Positions 9,416 to 17,095 of a stretch of 21,074 nucleotides of DNA are shown here, in pieces. Under the pieces are notes generated by a model that ran no database searches, had not been told where the DNA came from, and worked only from the letters and a program-made list of their open reading frames with translations. The position numbers were made by a program, and so were the translations under genes. The number at the start of each line of letters is the position of its first letter. The stretch's first letter is position 1. The stretch is from Promethearchaeota archaeon. GTDB lineage: Archaea > Asgardarchaeota > Odinarchaeia > Odinarchaeales > JBHLKK01. Location of the stretch: NCBI GenBank assembly GCA_048939465.1, contig JBHLPL010000025.1:1-21074 (forward strand), written 5' to 3'.

Positions 9416-9599
9416 CTAGACTCGTTTTGGAAGGTTTTTTCTGTAGAGAGCTGTTCCAACCCAAAAGAAGATAACCGTAAAAAGCAGAATTGCCCCAATA
9501 TCTACATTATGTGATTAACTGCTAATATACTATCAAATGATTTAGTCAGATTTGAGACCTCGATCGCGCGATCCAGTTGGCTTAGCCTCTTTTAGACAT
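9416..9599 (-). pseudogene. Fused remnant of an ABC-2 type exporter: ATPase N-terminus joined to permease C-terminus
   Basis: 9567-9508 reads AIEVSNLTKSFDSILAVNHI, a typical NBD start, then stops at TAG 9504-9502. Another frame, 9508-9416, reads NVDIGAILLFTVIFFWVGTALYRKNLPKRV*, a typical last TM helix and basic tail of an ABC-2 permease. Confidence 0.68.
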
Positions 9600-9765
9600 T
9601 CTCTTCCTTTTTCTTACGTCTCTCAATCTCGGCATTTACACTCCCAAGTTCCATTTCTAGCATACCTTTGTATTCTTCGAGGTCTCTGATTTCCTCTCTA
9701 ATCAATACCCTATCTCCTGCATGGTGTGCGCCACAAGAATGAGGATATCTGTTTCCACAACACAC
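9592..9765 (-). CDS. 57-aa protein with Cys/His-rich head and C-terminal coiled coil (DUF5320-like)
   Basis: Translation MCCGNRYPHSCGAHHAGDRVLIREEIRDLEEYKGMLEMELGSVNAEIERRKKKEENV*. GGAGG SD overlaps the padR stop (TAGGAGGGAG). It is below the ORF-track length cut-off. The DUF label is from memory of the pattern only. Confidence 0.75.
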   Translation of the reverse strand: MCCGNRYPHSCGAHHAGDRVLIREEIRDLEEYKGMLEMELGSVNAEIERRKKKEENV

Positions 9766-9779
9766 TGCTTCTCTCCCTC

Positions 9780-10148
9780 CTATTCATTTTTCGCAAAATG
9801 CTTATCGTAGAATCGGATCAGATCTTCCACAAGTCGAAGACTACCCTTAATCATTCTAAGCCCCTCTTTGAGCACACTTATTCCCAATGTTGTTGGTCGA
9901 TATATTCTCCTATCTGCCCCTGAATCTTTTCGCTCCCATTCTGAGTCGACTAGTTCTCGTGCTTCCATTCTCCTAAGGGTCGTATACATGGCTCCTGGCT
10001 CCGGTCTATAGCTTCCCGAAGTGATTCTCTGGATTTCATTCATTATCTGGTAACCGTGGGCAGGGTTTTCGTATAGAACTCGAAGAATGAGGATTTGGAA
10101 TAATCCCCTTCTGAGGAAGTGAAATCTGTGACCATGCAAACGTAACAC
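9780..10148 (-). CDS. PadR-family transcriptional regulator
   Basis: Motifs ILILRVL..NPAHGYQIMNEI, PGAMYTTLRRME and RRIYRPTTLG match the PadR winged-helix pattern. Confidence 0.93.
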   Translation of the reverse strand: MLRLHGHRFHFLRRGLFQILILRVLYENPAHGYQIMNEIQRITSGSYRPEPGAMYTTLRRMEARELVDSEWERKDSGADRRIYRPTTLGISVLKEGLRMIKGSLRLVEDLIRFYDKHFAKNE

Positions 10149-10152
10149 CGGA

Positions 10153-10180
10153 ATATGTATCGATGATACATATATATAAA
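10153..10180 (-). promoter_or_regulatory. padR promoter: TATA box TTTATATA (10180-10173) abutting the perfect palindrome ATATGTATC-GAT-GATACATAT (10153-10173)
   Basis: A 9-bp perfect inverted repeat with 3-nt spacer contains ATGT-N9-ACAT. It lies between the TATA box and the GTG start 25 nt downstream. Confidence 0.75.
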
Positions 10181-10201
10181 TGCTTCGTAGTTAAGGAATT
10201 C

Positions 10202-12301
10202 TTAATACACCCTTAGAATGAGTAACTGGCCGTATTCATCCACATTGGCCATTTGGCTTGGCTGAATCAAAACAGTTGTGTCTGCCTGTTCTATTATGGC
10301 GGGGCCATACACTTCATTCCCCGGATGAAGTCTATTTCTATCATAAATATCACATTCTACTTTTTCATCTTCTTTTTCGAAATAAACTTCTCGTTTGTAC
10401 TTCCTAGCTTGACTTGAGTCCTTTCCTTTCTTAGCTCTTTTCTTCATCTTCAGAGGTGCTGTCTGACCAGTAGCTGTGAGCCTCAGATTGACTATCTCTA
10501 TTGCTCCGTCCTCCAAAGAATAGCCGTATGTCTTCTTATGTAGTCGGCAGAATCTCTTTTCAAGTGTCTTAAGAACCCCCTCATCAATTGCCCCTCTCGG
10601 CACATCAACATTCAGTTCATAGGATTGGCCCGAATACCTCATATCTATTGTTCTGCTTATGAGGATTTGACTTCTGGAGATACCCTCTCTTCCTAAGTCC
10701 ATTAAGCCCTGCTTTTCCAGCTTTCCAAAATAACCGTTTAGAAGCTTCAGTTCAACAGAATCCGTTCTGCAGAGGTACGTCATTGAGTAATCATGGCCAA
10801 TGTCTGTTAATAGTAGACCGTATGCTGAGAATAGTCCAGGTGCCACCGGAATTATGCAGCGTTCAAAACCAAGATCTTCCATTAGGTTACTAGCCACCAT
10901 CGGGCCCGCACCCCCAAAGGCCACAATTGGCAATCTCCGTGGATCTCTACCTCTCTCTATCGTCACAATTCTCAAAGCTCTGCTCATGTTTGAATTTGCC
11001 ACTTTTGCGATGCCGTCTGCAGCTTTAATGATGTCAATGCCTAAAGGATCAGCAATTTCCTCTTCTACTGCTCTTTTCGAATAAGAATAATTCAGTCTCA
11101 TCTTCCCGTCCAGAAAGTAATCTGGATTGATCACACCTAGCAGCAGATACGCGTCGGTAATGGTCGGTTTATGTCCTCCCAAGCCGTAGCACGCGGGTCC
11201 TGGTTCCGCTCCTGCACTCTCAGGTCCAACTCTTAGGGCTCCGCCAGCATCGATCCAGGCTATACTCCCTCCTCCTGCTCCTATCTCAATCAAGTCTATC
11301 ACTGGGACCCTAATTGGCCAGCCAGTTCCTATTACTGAGCGGCCCGCTGCAGCTTTTCCACCCACTTCAAAATCTGTAGTGACCGTCGGCTCATAATCTT
11401 CGACTAAACAGACCTTCGTTGTGGTTCCTCCCATATCAAAAGATACTATGTTGGGGAGGTCAATTAGCTTCGCCATATATGAAGCAGCTACCACACCTGC
11501 AGCTGGTCCAGATTCGATTATTCTAACCGGCTTTTCCCTGGCAATTTCGGACTTCATGATCCTGCCATTTGATTGCATAATTAGTAATTCACAGGTCAGC
11601 CCTTGATCCTTCAGTGCGCTCCTGAGTCCTTCTACGTACTCACCAACAAGTTTTGCTAAGGCTGCGTTTAGGACCGTCGTAGTTGTTCTTTCGTATTCTC
11701 TGAACTCTGGGAGTATCTCGTGTGATAATGCAACGCTCACCCCCGGATATTCATCGTATATCAGCTCCCGAATCCTTCTCTCGTGTGTCGGGTTTACGAA
11801 GGAGAATAAGCTGCATACTGCTATTGAATCGACACCTTCATCCCTTAGCTCCCTAATCGCCTTTCTGGTCTCCTCTTCGTTCAGTTTAAGCAATACACAG
11901 CCGTCATATCCTATTCTCTCAGTAACTTCCTTTCTCAAGTATCTTGGAATTAGTGGTCTAGGCTTATCCACAAAAAAGTCATAAGGGTCTGGTCTAATTT
12001 GTCTACCTATTTCTATCAGATCTCTAAATCCTTTGGTTGTTATTAGCCCGGTTTTGGATAGCTCCAATCCGATCTGGCCAATTATCGCATTCGTCGCTAT
12101 GGTTGTTGCATGAGAAACATATCTTGCATTCTCCGGTCTTAGCTTCGCACCATCCACTGCAGACTTGATCGCTCTGTACGCACTGGCTTCCGGTTTCTTC
12201 GGCATAGTATGCTCCTTTGAAACAGTCGTCTTTCCACTTCTTTCATCGAATACTATCACATCTGTGAAGGTTCCCCCGACGTCACAGCCAATTCTAAACA
12301 T
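10202..12301 (-). CDS. Hydantoinase A / oxoprolinase family ATP-binding subunit
   Basis: Motifs IGCDVGGTFTD, HATTIATNA, EFREYERTTTT, SGPAAGV, DMGGTTT, IGAGGGSIA, GPESAGAEPGPACY and FGGAGP. Confidence 0.95.
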   Translation of the reverse strand: MFRIGCDVGGTFTDVIVFDERSGKTTVSKEHTMPKKPEASAYRAIKSAVDGAKLRPENARYVSHATTIATNAIIGQIGLELSKTGLITTKGFRDLIEIGRQIRPDPYDFFVDKPRPLIPRYLRKEVTERIGYDGCVLLKLNEEETRKAIRELRDEGVDSIAVCSLFSFVNPTHERRIRELIYDEYPGVSVALSHEILPEFREYERTTTTVLNAALAKLVGEYVEGLRSALKDQGLTCELLIMQSNGRIMKSEIAREKPVRIIESGPAAGVVAASYMAKLIDLPNIVSFDMGGTTTKVCLVEDYEPTVTTDFEVGGKAAAGRSVIGTGWPIRVPVIDLIEIGAGGGSIAWIDAGGALRVGPESAGAEPGPACYGLGGHKPTITDAYLLLGVINPDYFLDGKMRLNYSYSKRAVEEEIADPLGIDIIKAADGIAKVANSNMSRALRIVTIERGRDPRRLPIVAFGGAGPMVASNLMEDLGFERCIIPVAPGLFSAYGLLLTDIGHDYSMTYLCRTDSVELKLLNGYFGKLEKQGLMDLGREGISRSQILISRTIDMRYSGQSYELNVDVPRGAIDEGVLKTLEKRFCRLHKKTYGYSLEDGAIEIVNLRLTATGQTAPLKMKKRAKKGKDSSQARKYKREVYFEKEDEKVECDIYDRNRLHPGNEVYGPAIIEQADTTVLIQPSQMANVDEYGQLLILRVY

Positions 12302-13988
12302 CCTTGAACACCCTCAACTCGTCTAATGATAGCCGGTACGTTTCCTTTGCTCTTTTGAGACTTATTTTTCCGTTTCTCACATCTTCTACGGTTTTGTCTC
12401 CTTGTCTCTTCTTGGGGTCTCCATAACCTCCTCCGCCAGGAGTCTGCACGCTTATTATGTCACCTGGTTTCAACCTTCTGAAAGTCTTAGAAGAGAGTAA
12501 GACTTCATCCGGAGTATCAGGATTTAGGATATATCTGCTCTTCTTACCCTCAAGACCGCCTGAAAGTCCCCATGGAGCAATCTTCGCCCTGTCTGAAACT
12601 ATTGAAAACACAACTGAATGATTTTCAAACCTGTAATCTCTCCTTATGCCTAGGCCTCCTCTGAATCTGCCCGCACCGTCGGAGTCCGGGACTAATTCAT
12701 ATTTCTCGATGATTACTGGATAGCTAGTCTCCAGTTCCTCAACTGGTGCGTTCTGTGTGTTTGTTAAATGATATTGAACTCCCTCCATTCCGTCCTTGGA
12801 GGGTCTTGCGCCATATCCTCCTCCAACCGTTTCGTAAAATGCATATACCTTACCATCTCTCGGGTCTATTCCTCCGAAACAAACATTGCATATTATCCCC
12901 TTGCCAGCAGCACAAACTCTTTCTGGCACAGCCTGTGCCAGAGCCCTCGTCAATACGTCAGTTACTCTCATGGCGACTTCCCAGCAACCAGCAATTGCAG
13001 CTGGCGGCCTGGCGTTTAAAACAAGTCCTTGAGGAACGCGTAGGTGCAGAGGTCTGAACATCCCTTCATTTATCGGTATATCGGGGTCTACAAGGCACTT
13101 GAACACATAAGATATCGCTGAAAGAGTGGGAGCCCATGTACAGTTCATGGGGCCCTGGGTTTGCTTATCTGATTCTGAAAGATCGATGGTCGCTTCACCC
13201 TGTTTCAATGTGACTTTGGCAGCAACTCTAATCGGATCGTCTCCTATCCCGTCGTCATCTAGATAATCCTCACCGTAGTACTCCCCGTCCGGTATTCTCT
13301 TCAGAGCAGTTCTCATTCTTCTCTCTGTATAGTTCAGCAACTCCTCCTCATATGTCTTAAAAGCCTTGACTCCGTATTTTTCAATAACCTCGATTATTCT
13401 CCTAACTCCCGTCCTGTTTGCAGCAATTTGCGCTCTATAATCTCCCGCTCTTTCTGAAGGAGCTCTTACGTTGGCAAGCAATAGTGCCAGTACTTCCTGA
13501 TTTATCTTTCCTTTGCCTACCAGCTTCGTGGGAGGTATAATCAACCCCTCTTGATAGATATCGGTCGTATCACCAGGAACTCCTCCGGGTGCTCTTCCTC
13601 CGATGTCCTGATGGTGAGCCATGTTGGCTACGAATCCTTCGATTCTGGAATCGCAGAAAATTGGACTGATCAAAGTTACATCAGGCAAGTGAGTACCGCC
13701 TCTGTATGGATCATTAACGATTAACATGTCCCCCTGTTCGATATTCTCAGTACCGAACTCCCTTATTGCGGTTGGAACGGCATTGACTAATCCTCCCAGA
13801 AGTGCAGGAATGTGCAAAGCTTGGGCCGTATTGCGAATCTTTGCGTCGAATACAGCACAGGCAAAATCAAGTCTCGTTTTAATATTTGATGAATATGCTG
13901 ATTTTTGCAGAGTAACGCCCATCTCTTGAGCGGCTGAAGAAAGGAGGTTCTTAATTATCTCTAGAGTCACTGGATCTATTCCCTTCAA
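12294..13988 (-). CDS. Hydantoinase B / oxoprolinase family subunit
   Basis: Motifs IDPVTLEII, AYSSNIK, NDPYRGGTHLPD, AHHQDIGG, IYQEGLIIPP, GAGRFRGGLG and TPGGGGYGDP. Overlaps the A subunit by 8 nt. Confidence 0.95.
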   Translation of the reverse strand: MKGIDPVTLEIIKNLLSSAAQEMGVTLQKSAYSSNIKTRLDFACAVFDAKIRNTAQALHIPALLGGLVNAVPTAIREFGTENIEQGDMLIVNDPYRGGTHLPDVTLISPIFCDSRIEGFVANMAHHQDIGGRAPGGVPGDTTDIYQEGLIIPPTKLVGKGKINQEVLALLLANVRAPSERAGDYRAQIAANRTGVRRIIEVIEKYGVKAFKTYEEELLNYTERRMRTALKRIPDGEYYGEDYLDDDGIGDDPIRVAAKVTLKQGEATIDLSESDKQTQGPMNCTWAPTLSAISYVFKCLVDPDIPINEGMFRPLHLRVPQGLVLNARPPAAIAGCWEVAMRVTDVLTRALAQAVPERVCAAGKGIICNVCFGGIDPRDGKVYAFYETVGGGYGARPSKDGMEGVQYHLTNTQNAPVEELETSYPVIIEKYELVPDSDGAGRFRGGLGIRRDYRFENHSVVFSIVSDRAKIAPWGLSGGLEGKKSRYILNPDTPDEVLLSSKTFRRLKPGDIISVQTPGGGGYGDPKKRQGDKTVEDVRNGKISLKRAKETYRLSLDELRVFKDV

Positions 13989-14179
13989 TTGCTAACACCC
14001 CAGAGTAGACACATTATACTAGTACCTAGCAATTTAAAATTGGTTTCCCTCCTATATTGCCTAGGTGTTTTCGCATCTAGATTCCATATTCCTGAGATTG
14101 GCTTCACAAAACTTTTTATGCATGTTTTGTAGATAGCAATGGAATAAGGGACATGAAATATCGGGGAGAGTAATGTCAA

Positions 14180-15406
14180 ATGCGGAAAAAGAGAGCATTT
14201 GTATGTTTTATTACCATTCTCATATCTGTAACTCTTCTGACCGTTAGTGCAACAGTTGCTCAGAATCAATCTCAGGAGTGGCCGATGTTCCGTCATAACC
14301 CTAATCATACGGGTTATACCAGTGAAGAGGGTCCCACAAACATAAGACTAGTGTGGACCAACATGTTAGACAATTCTATATACGGCTCTCCTGTTGTCTC
14401 AGAAGGCAAAGTATACATAGGCTCAACCGATGGACGCTTATACTGTTTTGATGCCGATAGCAGTGATGAAATATGGAACTACACCTCAGCCGGCTGGATC
14501 TTTTCTACACCTGCTGTGACCAATGGTAGCCTGTATTTTGGCTCCTGCGATAACCGTACATACTGCCTAAACGCAAGCACCGGCGATCAAATATGGAATT
14601 ATACAACCGGTGACATGGTGTATTCTTCTCCCGTTGTTGCTGACGGAAAAGTCTACATCGGCTCAATAGATTACAATGTTTACTGTTTGAATGCCAGTGA
14701 TGGCAGTAAAATATGGAACTATTCAACGGGCCTTTGGGTAGATTCTTCTCCTGCTGTTGCCGACGGAAAAGTCTATGTTGGCTCAACTGATGGTTATGTC
14801 TACTGTTTGGATGCTGGCGATGGTAGCCAAATATGGAACTATACATCAACGTCCTTTGGCGTGAGCTCTTCTCCTGCTGTTGCTGATGGAAAAGTCTACG
14901 TTGGCTCTTCAGACAGTCATGTTTATTGCTTAGATGCTTCTAATGGTGCACCGATCTGGAACTATACGACATCGGGTGAAGTGTATTCTTCTCCTGCTGT
15001 CGTTTCTGACAGGATATATGTAGGATCTTTCGATGATTTCGTATACTGTCTGAATGCTAGCACCGGAAGCAAGATATGGGACTATGAAACGGGCGATGAC
15101 GTAAGGTCTTCTCCTGCTGTCGCAGGTGACAATGTGTACATAGGATCGGATGACAACCACATTTATTGCTTAGATGCAGACACCGGAGTCCAGATTTGGA
15201 ACTATACCACGAGCGGACCGGCGTCTCCTTCTCCCGCCATCGTTGGAGGTCGAGTCTTTGCAGCCTCAGAGACCTTCAGGGTCTACTGTATCGGAGATAT
15301 TGGAGAAATTGATCCTCACTTCTTAACGCTAATACTGGTCATTGCAAGTATTGCTGTAATCTTCTTAGCGATCTCCGTTTCGCTTTTGCTAAGAGGCAGG
15401 AGATAA
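14180..15406 (+). CDS. Secreted, membrane-anchored PQQ-like (BamB-type) 8-bladed beta-propeller protein
   Basis: Signal peptide, then WPMFRHNPNHTG, eight about 40-aa repeats (SSPAVADGKVYVGSxDxxVYCLxAxxGxxIWNY) and a C-terminal TM helix with basic tail. Confidence 0.93.
   Translation: MRKKRAFVCFITILISVTLLTVSATVAQNQSQEWPMFRHNPNHTGYTSEEGPTNIRLVWTNMLDNSIYGSPVVSEGKVYIGSTDGRLYCFDADSSDEIWNYTSAGWIFSTPAVTNGSLYFGSCDNRTYCLNASTGDQIWNYTTGDMVYSSPVVADGKVYIGSIDYNVYCLNASDGSKIWNYSTGLWVDSSPAVADGKVYVGSTDGYVYCLDAGDGSQIWNYTSTSFGVSSSPAVADGKVYVGSSDSHVYCLDASNGAPIWNYTTSGEVYSSPAVVSDRIYVGSFDDFVYCLNASTGSKIWDYETGDDVRSSPAVAGDNVYIGSDDNHIYCLDADTGVQIWNYTTSGPASPSPAIVGGRVFAASETFRVYCIGDIGEIDPHFLTLILVIASIAVIFLAISVSLLLRGRR
14378..15298 (+). 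repeat. Intragenic tandem repeat, period 120 bp (one 123-bp unit)
   Basis: ATHTGGRAYT (IWN/IWD) recurs at 14471, 14591, 14711, 14831, 14954, 15074 and 15194. Confidence 0.9.
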
Positions 15407-15591
15407 TCAGTTCTTTATGGGCTCAGGAGCACATCAGTCTATCCAAAACCCTCGCCCCCTGGTCTTCGGACGTAGCCTAGAACTTCTTTTTTATCAATAT
15501 TATACTAGTTCTAACAAGCCTATCTCGATACGACCTCATCGACAAGGCATTTATGTGGTTTTCGGTTTATATCACTTTAAGAAAAGTTAGT

Positions 15592-17010
15592 ATGAGGGAT
15601 CATGAACTGAAAGAACGTTACGTACTCTTGCCCGCTGTGTTGATTGTTGCCTCACTATTGCTGGTAAGCCTTGTGGCTCTGAATCCATACCCCAGCCAAG
15701 AAGGTACTGACAAACCTGCTCATATACACCTGACATGGCAAACAAATGATATGGCTCATACAATAGCAGTAACTTGGCAATCTTCTATGAATGATTCGGG
15801 AGACATGGTACTCTACGATACGATCCAGAGAAATGGGAATCCACAGTCATATAGCTTCTCAACTCAGGGCATAAACCATACCTATCTCGGCTCTTCCGGA
15901 TACATTCACGACGTTGAATTGGTGGGTCTAATCCCGAACGCTTTATATTACTTCATTTGCGGAGGGGAAAAAGGAGGATGGAGTAGCGAGAGATCCTTCA
16001 AGACAAGTCCGTTAGTCCCCTCAGAAACCAGATTTGTCGCAGGCGGTGATTCTAGAACTGATGCTGTTGCTCGAGACAAAATCTCTCAGATTATGAGCAC
16101 TTTTGACCCAGACTTCGTGCTCTTCAACGGTGACATGGTCGCAGACGGTGATAGTCAAGGCCAGTGGGATGATTTCTTAGACCATATGGATGCCTGCTGG
16201 ATTGGTAATAATGGGCTGACTATCCCAATTGTGCCGGCCTTGGGAAATCACGAGAGAAATTCCACCAATTATTATGAGCAGTTTGCCTTAGTTGGCAATG
16301 AAAGATGGTACTCAATAAATTGGGGCTCAGAAATTCATATAATTGTCCTTGACAGTGAAGCGAATCTTGAAGACATAATTACTCAAGCAAATTGGCTGGA
16401 CGAAGACCTAGAGGAACACTCATCATATCTCTGGAAGTTTGTCACATTCCATAGGAATGTCTTTCGATCAAACCATGAGTCGTGGACGTTGGCCTTTGAC
16501 TACTGGGTTCCCATATTTGACAAATATCATGTAGATATCGTATTTAACGGTCACAGTCACAATTATATGCGTACAAAACCAATTAACTGGACAGAATCCA
16601 ACACGACTCCTCAGTCTTCCTATCTTAATGGAACCATGTATGTTGTCACTGGAGCGTGGGGAGCACCCCTCTATGATGTTACTGGCGGATGGTGGGCTGC
16701 CTATAATAGGTCGATTCATCATTTTACGATCGTCGATGTCTTTGACAATAGAACCTTATCCTTAAAAGCAAAGGATGATTCTGGCACAACATTTGACGAA
16801 GTTTGGATTGACAAAAGCGCTCCCGGAAACGGCAATAATGATTCAAATGGAAAACCAAATGATTCAGATATCCTCAACATCTTCGCTCTTTGTCGGGGCA
16901 AAGCAAGTCACGTCTGTTTCTTCATTAACAACATTTGCCTACTAGTAACCAACAGAATGGGCAACTACTTGTCAAAACCTATTAGGGCGTACCTCTGGCT
17001 TTATGTTTAG
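15592..17010 (+). CDS. Secreted metallophosphoesterase of the purple-acid-phosphatase-like class with N-terminal FN3-like domain
   Basis: Motifs HIHLTW, IHDVELVGL, GGDSR, GDMV, GNHE, VTFH and GHSH. ATG 15592 is preferred: a signal peptide follows and TTTATAT lies at 15566-15572. Confidence 0.9.
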   Translation: MRDHELKERYVLLPAVLIVASLLLVSLVALNPYPSQEGTDKPAHIHLTWQTNDMAHTIAVTWQSSMNDSGDMVLYDTIQRNGNPQSYSFSTQGINHTYLGSSGYIHDVELVGLIPNALYYFICGGEKGGWSSERSFKTSPLVPSETRFVAGGDSRTDAVARDKISQIMSTFDPDFVLFNGDMVADGDSQGQWDDFLDHMDACWIGNNGLTIPIVPALGNHERNSTNYYEQFALVGNERWYSINWGSEIHIIVLDSEANLEDIITQANWLDEDLEEHSSYLWKFVTFHRNVFRSNHESWTLAFDYWVPIFDKYHVDIVFNGHSHNYMRTKPINWTESNTTPQSSYLNGTMYVVTGAWGAPLYDVTGGWWAAYNRSIHHFTIVDVFDNRTLSLKAKDDSGTTFDEVWIDKSAPGNGNNDSNGKPNDSDILNIFALCRGKASHVCFFINNICLLVTNRMGNYLSKPIRAYLWLYV

Positions 17011-17095
17011 CGTTAAACCCTCTCTAATTTTCTTTCAAGTCCTGACTTGCTAACGGAAAATATTATGTTGATGAGAAATAGTGGCCTGGTTAAGG

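Noticed and set aside
9562-9573. 12-bp palindrome GATCGCGCGATC
   Set aside because: It is isolated and lies inside the ABC ATPase remnant, with no promoter context.
14378-15298. Regular repeats as a CRISPR array
   Set aside because: The 120-bp in-frame degenerate units encode propeller blades. There are no identical repeats with unique spacers and no cas genes.
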